Shown: piece by piece, positions 9,374 through 18,229 of the stretch
How positions within the stretch are numbered: the stretch's first letter is position 1
Layout of the letters: every line of letters begins with the position of its first letter
Source: a virus
Lineage: Duplodnaviria; Caudoviricetes
IMG/VR virus record: IMGVR_UViG_3300030101_003107
Span: 1-63,999 of that record
Length of the DNA: 63,999 nt
Direction: 5' to 3' (one strand)
The notes under the pieces: model-generated
The model's database searches: none
Told to the model about the DNA's origin: nothing
What the model saw: the letters and a program-made list of their open reading frames with translations, nothing else
Position numbers and translations under genes: made by a program

Positions 9374-9382
9374 ATTATTACA
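9374..9382 (-). promoter_or_regulatory. Candidate middle/late promoter box TGTAATAAT
   Basis: aTGT(A/G)AT(A/T)A(T/C) occurs just upstream of starts at 1229-1237, 9374-9382, 19152-19160, 45151-45159 (minus) and 53908-53916 (plus). Confidence 0.45.
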
Positions 9383-9385
9383 TGT

Positions 9386-12300
9386 TTAATCGTGAGCGTA
9401 ACATCTTGTTTTAGGCTTGTTTACCATGTTTTTACATCTAGAACTATCACGCTTAATAAAGCTGCATTGATTTTTGTTTTGTTTTTTCTCTTTTTTCTTT
9501 TGCTCTTTTAGCTCATCTTTAGCTTCTTGCTGTGCTTGACGTTTTAAATCTAAGTATCTTACGTATTGATTTTCTTTACCTTTGTTTACAACTACACGCT
9601 CACCAACTTGTAAATCCCAAGCACTCCAACCTAGCGTTAAAAATGCTCTTTGCATTGCTGTGTTTTCTTGATTTAAAGCTTCTCTAATGTTGTCCGTTTT
9701 TCTAAATAACCTATCAAGCGGAACATTAGTAGCAGCTGTTGTAACTTTTGCTGTAGCATCCCAAATAGGATTATTATAATCGAACGTGTCCATGCTACCC
9801 ATTATCTCTCTATTAAATTTATAAGCATTTAATGCACTATAAACTTTTCTAGCTTTTGATCCCATAGGCGGCGAAACTTGCACAGCTTCAACTACTACTT
9901 GACCATAATCAGCCCTAGACTTTCTTTCAGACTCAGAAATAAATCTCATTATAGTGTTTTTAATAGTTGCAACTGCAGCGCCTGCTACACCAGAGCCTCT
10001 TAGTATTGTATCAAGCATACTATTTGCTATTCTTGTAGCTCTTTGGTCTAGCGCGTCGTCTTCTTCGTCGTCAAAGCTTAAAGCAAATATAGCTGATTGC
10101 AAGGCAGAGAATATAACATTTTGTATAGCGCCGTAATATAATATTCTTGACACGTTACTTCTCCAGTCTCCACGATTATTAATTAAATCTCTACTAGCTT
10201 TTTTAATTAAACGATTATATTGCATAGGTGTATTAGCGAAAGCTAATATAAGACGACCTAATGGACTAGCTTGCTGTTGTGATATACGATCAGGTCTAGC
10301 CGACTGCTGAGTTTCTTGAGCTATTTCTTGAAAATCTAAAAAAGCTTTTTCTTCTGCAGCTTTTTTATTCATACCTTGCTTCGTATATGTTTCAACTCTA
10401 TTTCTATAAAACGTAGATCCACCAGAAGCAATAGCAAAACTATCAGCTATTTGTGTAGGTAAAAAACCTTTTTTAAGCAAATACGCAAGCGCAGCTTTAG
10501 CTTTGTTCTGAGCGCCTGCTACAGCATTAGCAAGTTCAGCTTCATTTACATTTATTTGTAAACCTGCTCGTCTAGCTTTTAAAAAGTCGGAGTTAAATAA
10601 CGTTGAAAAGTCTGACCAATATTGTTTTTGATTAGCAAAAGCTTTACCAGCTTTAAATATATTGTTATCGTCAAAGTTTATAAAGTTAACTGTAGACAAA
10701 GTTTGTAGTACAGCTGATCTTGCGTTAAAGAACATTATAGCGCCAACAGATCCGTTAACCCAGTTTGTCCAAGCTTGGCCATAAGTTCTACCTGAAGATC
10801 TATTTGTACCGTTTTCCATACGATATAATGAATCTTCTAAAGCGCTTCTAAATCTAGAGCCATATATAGCTTCTATTTTATTCATATTTTCAGTAGAAAA
10901 TATAATATTTTTATTTTCTATAAACTCTGCTAAATATTGTTTTCTACCTATTTTGTTTACAATGTTTTCTAAGTCAGAAGCTATACTTTCTACACTCCAG
11001 TTTTCACTTGGCTCTATCCAACCTTTATCTCTTTTTGATACAATGCTTAAAGCATCTGCAAATGTTTTTAAGTCTTGATCTGTGTTAACAACGTTTTTTA
11101 AATAATTTAAATCTCTTTTAGATATACCTGGAACTTCAAAGCCTGCTTTATCAAATAAATAAACTCTTATAGCATTATCAAAAGTAAAACCAGTATCTTT
11201 TTCTATTAACTTACCTAATCTTTTTTTAACGTTAGGTATTTCTTTTCTAAGTAGTTTATAATCGTCTAATATACTCATACGAGCTTCACTCATTTCACGA
11301 TCAGCTCTACCAAACGGATCTAGTAAAGCTTTTTTCATAAACTCCATATCAGCATCACCTTGTTTGCCTTTGCCGTAAAAGTCATATAATAAGCCCGCAA
11401 AGTCTTCAGCTGACGGTGGTACAAAAAATCTATATCTACCTATGTTTTTACCACGCTTTTGACCAACAACTCTTGAAAATATTTTTTCAGCTGCAACACC
11501 TTTTGTTCGCTCGATCATTTTGTTAAACTCAGAGCTCATGTCTTTGCTAAAGTTTATTCTTGCTTGTACGGATTTACCTTTAACATCTAGCTGATCAAAT
11601 ACATGTTTAACAGCTTCTACATTAGGTAAAGCATCGTCTACAAAGTACATATCATTATATCCCTCTTGATATTTTTCTAAAAACCAAGCTGCTTTAGCAT
11701 CGCCTTCGCTTTTACCAAGTCCAGTTATATTTTTTAAAGGTATATTAATACCTTGGCTTTTTAACCACTTGTGTATAGGTTCAGCAGCTTCTTGCATACG
11801 AGCTGTTAAAACAAACACATTACTAGGACCATACTTTTTTATTTGGTTTTTCATCTTCTGAAGTAGTGGCCCTTCTTTACCTCCTCTTACGTTTGCAAAA
11901 TCAGAAAAGTCAAATTCATAACCATCAGCCGCTAACTTAGGTCCATCAATAGGCCATTTGTCAGAAGGTATTTTAACTGTTTCGCCATCTTTAGTTGCTG
12001 TAACAAAGTTTTCACCGTCTATAATTAACGTTTCGTCAAAGTCAAAAGTAGACATACCTTTTGAGTCTTTGCTATAAGCTAGCACAGGTCTAACGCTAGA
12101 TATGTTTTGACTAATGCTAGAGTTTTGTTTTATTTCAGCATTTGGCTTAATTTTGTTTCTAGTTTGTAAAAAAGTATCTAAGTTGTTTTTAGCTTGAGAA
12201 GCTGTAATATCTCCATTTAAAAACTGATACAAAAGATTTTGTTGAGTGCTAATAGTTGATGCATCGCTATGCAAGCTAACGTCAACGCCTAAACCAAACT

Positions 12301-15300
12301 CTTCTGCTATAGTTTCACCTCTAGCATTTATTAAGTAGTTAGGATTTATTCCACCATCGTTAGCGTTTACTAATGGATTAAAATATCTTATCCACTTAGA
12401 TTTTAATCCTAACAATATATCAAGATGATATTCTAGCGGCGGTGCTTGAACAAAATTAAACTTAACGCCATTAATTTCACCTTTAAGCTTTTTATCGTAA
12501 GATAAAGGCAAAGATCCTTGAGCATAGTTTTCAAAAGCGCCATCAATATACAACTCTAAGTTGCCTTGCAAAGCTCTATTAAATAAAAATTTAGCAAAGT
12601 CGCTAGCTGGTAAAGTGTGTTCTTCTACGTTTTTTTCATTAAGAGTATTAGTAAATTCTAATGTTGATATAACTCTAGCAAAATGACCCATGTTCTGAGA
12701 AGTAGAAGCAAACATAGTAGCAAAATAAGGTATAGTCTCAGGTTGAGCTTGCATTATCTCTTGTATTTTAAGCCATACCTTTTTAGCGCCTATTATTGAT
12801 GATTCGTGATACTCAGAGTCTTTTAGTTTTTCCGCAACCGTTTTACCAGTTGATTTGCCGTATTTACCTACCGATGAAACAGCTGCAGTTATATCTGGAT
12901 CAGAAGGGGCAAACTTAGCTCCTTCAACAGAGCTTAATAAATCTTGTTTACTTGTAAAAGCAAAGTTTCTTTTTCTACCATTAGCTCCAGCTCCAGCAAA
13001 AGTTCCTACAGTTAACATTTCTATTGGAAAGTTAGGTGCTATGGTATTTTTTACAAAGTCTCTATAATTTTGAAGATCTGCGTCGTTATTAACTATGTCT
13101 ATAGGTTGAACATCTTGAGTAGCGGCAGCAACAACGCTTTTCCAAGCTTTGTTTTCTTGTCGAAGCATTTTGTTTAAGTCTGTATCTTCTTTAGAAAACA
13201 TATAGTTTGCCATACCGTCAGATATGCTAGTTAGCTCTGGATTTTGTCTTCTTATTTCTTGATTAGTTATAACTTTACCAAGTAAATCTGCAAGTGCTAT
13301 AACTCTAGCCGATGTATTTCTATTACGTGTTGGCTTACCGTCTATAATATCTATAAGCTCTAATAACTCTGAGTCTTTAATGTTTGTTCTTTTGACCTGA
13401 GTGCGCAAACCTGCTTTAGTTTTAGCTCTAGAGTCTCTTTTATTATAAAGTGTCTCTAATACAGTCTTAGGCACTCCTGTTGCTTTACCTGATGAATCAA
13501 AGCCTTGCGGTAAAGCTTGTATTACTAAAGCGGCATTAGCTTTAAACCATCTTTGCGCTGAAGCTACTTCTGCGGCTGTAAGATTTGCTTTGCTCTTAAT
13601 TTTATCAGGTGATATACCTAACAATTTACCAATAGTATTTCTAGCGGCATTTGGCACGCTCTTAAAATTAGACAATGTAGAAAACTTAGTTTCTTGTTCG
13701 TTTACCTCTGTAGTAACTTCATTTTGTATGTTTAACCTATCAGCTAATACTATATCTTTAGTTTTTCTTTCTGGCTGTTGCTCTACAGTTTCTTCAGCCG
13801 CAACACCTCTAGCCTCTGTTACATCATCTGTAAACTCTTCGCCTAACACTCTACGTGAAGCCTCAATAGCTCTAGCAGGTAAAAACTTATTTATGTAAGC
13901 AGCTAATGGTACGCCTGACTCAGGATTATATTTTTGTATAAGATCAAATATACCTCTTTCACCAGTGTTTATTTCATCAGTTAATAATTGTCTATCAAAG
14001 TTAGGCGCTTCAGATCTTCTCTGCACAAGTCTATTTACTATAGGTGCAAACTGATCTATAATACTCATAGCACCACCTACACCTTGATCTTGGTATATTT
14101 GTTGTACTCTATCAGAGGCTTCTTTTGAAAACTGTTGAACATCACCTGGTTTTATATCAGTAGGTAGTATGTCACCTTTAATTCCTTTAGCAGCTGATTT
14201 AATTAAATCTTTGTTTATATTGCCTGACTCTACAGACTCTACATAGTCTCTAAAAAAGTTAAATACATCTTGATTAGTGTTAAACTTATATTCTAAACCA
14301 GTTGTATTTTTAGTAAATCGCTTGACAACATCTTTTAATCTACTAAATAAGTTATCGTTAAATTTAATATCACCATTTTGAACTGCTTCAGCTGCTAGTG
14401 TAAATACTTCTTCGCTTTTACCTTCAGCTTCTGTATATTGATCTAATCTTCTTTTAAAATCAGTACCTTCTATAGCTATATTGTTTTCATCAAAGCTTTC
14501 TAATAAAGCATCACCAAATGCTTTTCTTGCGGCTTGATTACCTTGCAAAGTAGCAAAAAGCAAAGCATGTCCAAACTCATGTGTAAGTGTAGTCATAACG
14601 CCGTCTCTTAGCTCAGACTCTTGATTTATAAATATTTCTAAACCACCTTTACCGTCTTGTCTTATAGCACCATATCTAGTAGACTCACCTTTTAATATTT
14701 CTTCTCTTTTTCTAAACTGTTCGCTTTGAGATCGTTTTTCTTTTCTTGCTTCTGCTATTTCTTCTTGTGTAGAACTAGGATCGTTTATTATTTCGTCCAT
14801 AGCTTGAATAGCACCTATATCAAACGAAGCTTGTTCATCGTCTCTTCTCCAGTTAACAAAGTCATTAGAATTACCTTTACGTATATCTACATTAACGCCT
14901 TGTTGTTTTAAAGCTTCGGCTTGCAGCGACACATTTTCAAATAACTTTTCTCTACGAGAGTTTTGAGCGCTTTCTATTAAGTTAAAGTTATCTTGATTAC
15001 GTTTATTTATTTTATCTAAAATTAACTCTTTGTCTTTATCAGTTTTAGCTCTTCTTAGTTTATTTTTTTGCTTGTGAATAGCATCTAAGTTTTGAGCATA
15101 AGTTTTAAGTTGAGAATTACTTAAAGAGTTAAAAGTTCTATATAAGCTTTTTTTATTAGCTACTTGCGCGTTGTTAAGATCTTTTATTTCCTCTTGTATT
15201 CCAGCTTTTTCAGACTCTTTAGCTGTTTCTAACTGTTTTACTTTAGCATCAATTTGCGTGGCTATATCAAATTGTATATTTTTAAACTGTTGTGGCGCTA

Positions 15301-16765
15301 AATAATTATATACTTGTTCTACTTCTTTTGGTTTTGTAGCAACACTAGTTACTGATGCAGCAGGACCACCTAGCAAAGCACCTATACCAGCATCATGTAT
15401 AACATTTGTAAAAAACTCTTTACCACCTATCTCGTCGTCAAATATAAACATATCTCCAAGCTGCTGCAAAGTTTTATTCGCTCCTTCTGTAGCACCTTCT
15501 GTTACAAAACCACCACCAAACTTTGAAATAGCGTTAGTAGTATAACTTCTAATATAGTCTGTAACAGCTTTTTCGCTAGCACCTACTCTTCTTAATCCTA
15601 CTACATCTCTAAATAATCTAGCTCCCAAATATTCTGTACCCCACTCAAACAAACCATCTGTACTACTAGTTAAATATAACTCTCCAATAGTAGCGTCTGG
15701 TCTTTCTTTTAAGTTTTGTTCAAAACTACTACCAGCTGCAGAAGTACCTAAAGCTATACTACCATACATTGGAAAACCAATTGCTAAAGCCAAAGAAGGT
15801 ATGTTAGATAAAGCTTGCTCAGAAGCTACTTTAGCAGCGTTAGGATAATCACCTTTTTTTATAAGATCAATATACGTCATGGTGTTGCCGTCTTCATCTC
15901 TAACGTTAGTCATGTGACTTCTTAGTTTAGCTGAAGTGTATTTTAGCTGTTCTGTAGGTATATCTGGATATGTTCTTTGTACAATCTCTAGTGGTAAACC
16001 TGTTGATTGAGCTATTAAAGGTTTTAAGCCATAATTGTTTACAAAATCAACCATACCAGCGGTTAAATCTAGTGTTACTGCTTTTACACCAGACAAATAA
16101 GGAATTAAAGCTTTAGGAATGTTTGAGTTTGCTGATAGTTTAATTTTTTCGGCTTCTGCTATAGCGTCTTGAAGATCATAACCTGTTTTTTTATAAATCT
16201 CTTTACGCTCGTTTAAATCTAGTTGTCTAGCTTCAAGATCTTTGCCAGCTTCAGCTGCTTTAAAAAAATTATCTCTAAGCGTATAATATTCGTCTAAAGT
16301 TTCTTGAGGAAAGTTTGCAGGAAGTTTTTTATTTTCATCTAATTGCAAAGCTATGTTTTGATTATAAAAACCATCAACAACATCTTTAGCATTATTTAAT
16401 TTTTCAGTGTATTCTTCTATTGTTTTGCTTAGCTCTCTTTGTTGAACTTCTAAAGGCACTATATCAACTTCAGGTAAAGTTACGCCTTTTATAGTATCGT
16501 CTTCTACTCTTGCTCCGGGCACAACGTCAAAACCTGAAGCTTGAACTTCTGCTATAGTTTCAGGATTATTTGTGTAAGTAGGAAACTCCGATAAAGATTT
16601 TGCCGAACTGGATGCCGTACTTTCTGGCTCCGCAGGGGCATCCACTTTCTGGGGAGCTTGTTCTTTTTTTGTTTCGACGTAGTTTGTAATAAAGCCTTTT
16701 ATTTCATCATCAGACTTTCCAGCATCGATTAGTTTTTGAATTTCTAATTCTAACTCTTCGTTCAT
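9386..16765 (-). CDS. Giant virion/ejection polyvalent protein (zincin + sigma70-like + HAD + helical C-terminus + CCCH finger)
   Basis: Third gene of the post-tail ejection trio; HEFGH at aa 729; sigma region-2-like GIFDLIQKYNPESGVPLAAYI; HAD FDFDETL..LTAR..FVDD; terminal C-x9-C-x10-C-x2-H. Confidence 0.85.
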   Translation of the reverse strand: MNEELELEIQKLIDAGKSDDEIKGFITNYVETKKEQAPQKVDAPAEPESTASSSAKSLSEFPTYTNNPETIAEVQASGFDVVPGARVEDDTIKGVTLPEVDIVPLEVQQRELSKTIEEYTEKLNNAKDVVDGFYNQNIALQLDENKKLPANFPQETLDEYYTLRDNFFKAAEAGKDLEARQLDLNERKEIYKKTGYDLQDAIAEAEKIKLSANSNIPKALIPYLSGVKAVTLDLTAGMVDFVNNYGLKPLIAQSTGLPLEIVQRTYPDIPTEQLKYTSAKLRSHMTNVRDEDGNTMTYIDLIKKGDYPNAAKVASEQALSNIPSLALAIGFPMYGSIALGTSAAGSSFEQNLKERPDATIGELYLTSSTDGLFEWGTEYLGARLFRDVVGLRRVGASEKAVTDYIRSYTTNAISKFGGGFVTEGATEGANKTLQQLGDMFIFDDEIGGKEFFTNVIHDAGIGALLGGPAASVTSVATKPKEVEQVYNYLAPQQFKNIQFDIATQIDAKVKQLETAKESEKAGIQEEIKDLNNAQVANKKSLYRTFNSLSNSQLKTYAQNLDAIHKQKNKLRRAKTDKDKELILDKINKRNQDNFNLIESAQNSRREKLFENVSLQAEALKQQGVNVDIRKGNSNDFVNWRRDDEQASFDIGAIQAMDEIINDPSSTQEEIAEARKEKRSQSEQFRKREEILKGESTRYGAIRQDGKGGLEIFINQESELRDGVMTTLTHEFGHALLFATLQGNQAARKAFGDALLESFDENNIAIEGTDFKRRLDQYTEAEGKSEEVFTLAAEAVQNGDIKFNDNLFSRLKDVVKRFTKNTTGLEYKFNTNQDVFNFFRDYVESVESGNINKDLIKSAAKGIKGDILPTDIKPGDVQQFSKEASDRVQQIYQDQGVGGAMSIIDQFAPIVNRLVQRRSEAPNFDRQLLTDEINTGERGIFDLIQKYNPESGVPLAAYINKFLPARAIEASRRVLGEEFTDDVTEARGVAAEETVEQQPERKTKDIVLADRLNIQNEVTTEVNEQETKFSTLSNFKSVPNAARNTIGKLLGISPDKIKSKANLTAAEVASAQRWFKANAALVIQALPQGFDSSGKATGVPKTVLETLYNKRDSRAKTKAGLRTQVKRTNIKDSELLELIDIIDGKPTRNRNTSARVIALADLLGKVITNQEIRRQNPELTSISDGMANYMFSKEDTDLNKMLRQENKAWKSVVAAATQDVQPIDIVNNDADLQNYRDFVKNTIAPNFPIEMLTVGTFAGAGANGRKRNFAFTSKQDLLSSVEGAKFAPSDPDITAAVSSVGKYGKSTGKTVAEKLKDSEYHESSIIGAKKVWLKIQEIMQAQPETIPYFATMFASTSQNMGHFARVISTLEFTNTLNEKNVEEHTLPASDFAKFLFNRALQGNLELYIDGAFENYAQGSLPLSYDKKLKGEINGVKFNFVQAPPLEYHLDILLGLKSKWIRYFNPLVNANDGGINPNYLINARGETIAEEFGLGVDVSLHSDASTISTQQNLLYQFLNGDITASQAKNNLDTFLQTRNKIKPNAEIKQNSSISQNISSVRPVLAYSKDSKGMSTFDFDETLIIDGENFVTATKDGETVKIPSDKWPIDGPKLAADGYEFDFSDFANVRGGKEGPLLQKMKNQIKKYGPSNVFVLTARMQEAAEPIHKWLKSQGINIPLKNITGLGKSEGDAKAAWFLEKYQEGYNDMYFVDDALPNVEAVKHVFDQLDVKGKSVQARINFSKDMSSEFNKMIERTKGVAAEKIFSRVVGQKRGKNIGRYRFFVPPSAEDFAGLLYDFYGKGKQGDADMEFMKKALLDPFGRADREMSEARMSILDDYKLLRKEIPNVKKRLGKLIEKDTGFTFDNAIRVYLFDKAGFEVPGISKRDLNYLKNVVNTDQDLKTFADALSIVSKRDKGWIEPSENWSVESIASDLENIVNKIGRKQYLAEFIENKNIIFSTENMNKIEAIYGSRFRSALEDSLYRMENGTNRSSGRTYGQAWTNWVNGSVGAIMFFNARSAVLQTLSTVNFINFDDNNIFKAGKAFANQKQYWSDFSTLFNSDFLKARRAGLQINVNEAELANAVAGAQNKAKAALAYLLKKGFLPTQIADSFAIASGGSTFYRNRVETYTKQGMNKKAAEEKAFLDFQEIAQETQQSARPDRISQQQASPLGRLILAFANTPMQYNRLIKKASRDLINNRGDWRSNVSRILYYGAIQNVIFSALQSAIFALSFDDEEDDALDQRATRIANSMLDTILRGSGVAGAAVATIKNTIMRFISESERKSRADYGQVVVEAVQVSPPMGSKARKVYSALNAYKFNREIMGSMDTFDYNNPIWDATAKVTTAATNVPLDRLFRKTDNIREALNQENTAMQRAFLTLGWSAWDLQVGERVVVNKGKENQYVRYLDLKRQAQQEAKDELKEQKKKEKKQNKNQCSFIKRDSSRCKNMVNKPKTRCYAHD

Positions 16766-16776
16766 AAAATTTTATT

Positions 16777-18216
16777 TTAAGTAGTAGGATTTTGTATTTC
16801 GTTTGCAAATTTTAAATAGTCTGCTAGTGTTTTTTTAGCTGCAGGCTGAGTACTTCGATCTAACAAGGCTGGAACTTTACCTGATTGTTTTTTATCAAAC
16901 TTTTTAAGTTGACTTCTAAACTCTTTTGGTATACCTTTACCCATTGTAAGCAGATCTTTTTCTTCTATTATATTTGGTTTTTGATTTGCTAAAGTAACAG
17001 GATTACCTTTCTCATATATTAAATATCTACCATCAGATTGTCTTTTAGCAGTTCGAGTAGTTCCAGGTATATTTATTTGTGCGCCTTCAGTGTTGTAAGA
17101 CTCTATAAAAGCATTTATTTCGTTCATAAAAGAATAACTTGGCTTAGTTCCGCCTTTTCCTACGTTTGGTTTTTTATCATTAGCAGCCATAGCTAGTATA
17201 GCGTTGTTGTCTATAAAATCTTTAAAATACCCTAAAAAAGCATCTGTTAAATCTTCGCCTTTCAAAACATCAAGCATTTCATCTCTCTGAGCTGGCGTTA
17301 CAAATGTTAATTTTTCGTCTGCTAGTAATTTATCTAGCCATATTGTAGCGTAAGCTGACTCAGCACCTTCTGTTTTATCTGCTGTAAAACCACCAAATAT
17401 AATAGGTCTTAGTTTTTCAGGATCTGACTTAGCTAAATTCAACATGCCGCTAATAATCTCTCTCCTTGAGTCTTCGTTCCATTTGCCTGTAGCAGCAAGC
17501 TTTCTAGCATCGTTAACAAACTCTGCCATTTGAGCTTCAAACTCTAAATCTACTTTGTTTACGGCTTTTAAATCTTCAATTTTAATAAGTTTGTCAACGT
17601 CTTTGTAATATCCTCCTAGTTGTTTTTCACCATTAATTACAGGATTCCAAACTATATTATTTTTAAAACTACCGTCCATTAATTCAGCATGTACTCTTGA
17701 TTCTAATAAAGTTGGATTTGGATCTGGATTTTTTTCAGCTTCTATAGCTTTAGAATAAAGATCGTTAATTAAATCTTTATCTTTTTTATAAACTTTAAAT
17801 CTATTTTTTATAGCAGAAAGCTCATTAGTTTCAGCTAATTTTTTCTTTTTGTTTACAAAAGGATTTTGAGATCTTTTAATTAGTCTGTAAGCTTCTTCAT
17901 TGTCTTTTTCTATTTCTTCAGTTAATGTAGCATTAACTTCTGGACTATTTGCAATGTCAAGCTTTAATGGCTTTTTAGATAAATTTTTTGTGTAATTTTG
18001 TAAATCTTTTATCTCGTTAGATACAGGTTGATTTGACTCTTTCAAGTATTTATTATAAGCAGCCTCAGTATTTTCTAATGCTTGAGAAGCAACTTCAGAT
18101 AAATCTGTTACAGCTTTATTAATATACTTTACAAACTCAGTACTTCTAGCAGTGTTGTACTTAGTTTGAGATTCGCTTAACCTTGTTAATGATTTTTGTA
18201 AAAAATTTAATGACAT
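16777..18216 (-). CDS. Putative ejection (internal virion) protein
   Basis: Helical, charged protein lying between the small Gly/Gln-rich ejection gene and the giant gene. Confidence 0.55.
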   Translation of the reverse strand: MSLNFLQKSLTRLSESQTKYNTARSTEFVKYINKAVTDLSEVASQALENTEAAYNKYLKESNQPVSNEIKDLQNYTKNLSKKPLKLDIANSPEVNATLTEEIEKDNEEAYRLIKRSQNPFVNKKKKLAETNELSAIKNRFKVYKKDKDLINDLYSKAIEAEKNPDPNPTLLESRVHAELMDGSFKNNIVWNPVINGEKQLGGYYKDVDKLIKIEDLKAVNKVDLEFEAQMAEFVNDARKLAATGKWNEDSRREIISGMLNLAKSDPEKLRPIIFGGFTADKTEGAESAYATIWLDKLLADEKLTFVTPAQRDEMLDVLKGEDLTDAFLGYFKDFIDNNAILAMAANDKKPNVGKGGTKPSYSFMNEINAFIESYNTEGAQINIPGTTRTAKRQSDGRYLIYEKGNPVTLANQKPNIIEEKDLLTMGKGIPKEFRSQLKKFDKKQSGKVPALLDRSTQPAAKKTLADYLKFANEIQNPTT

Positions 18217-18229
18217 GTTTATTATTTAA

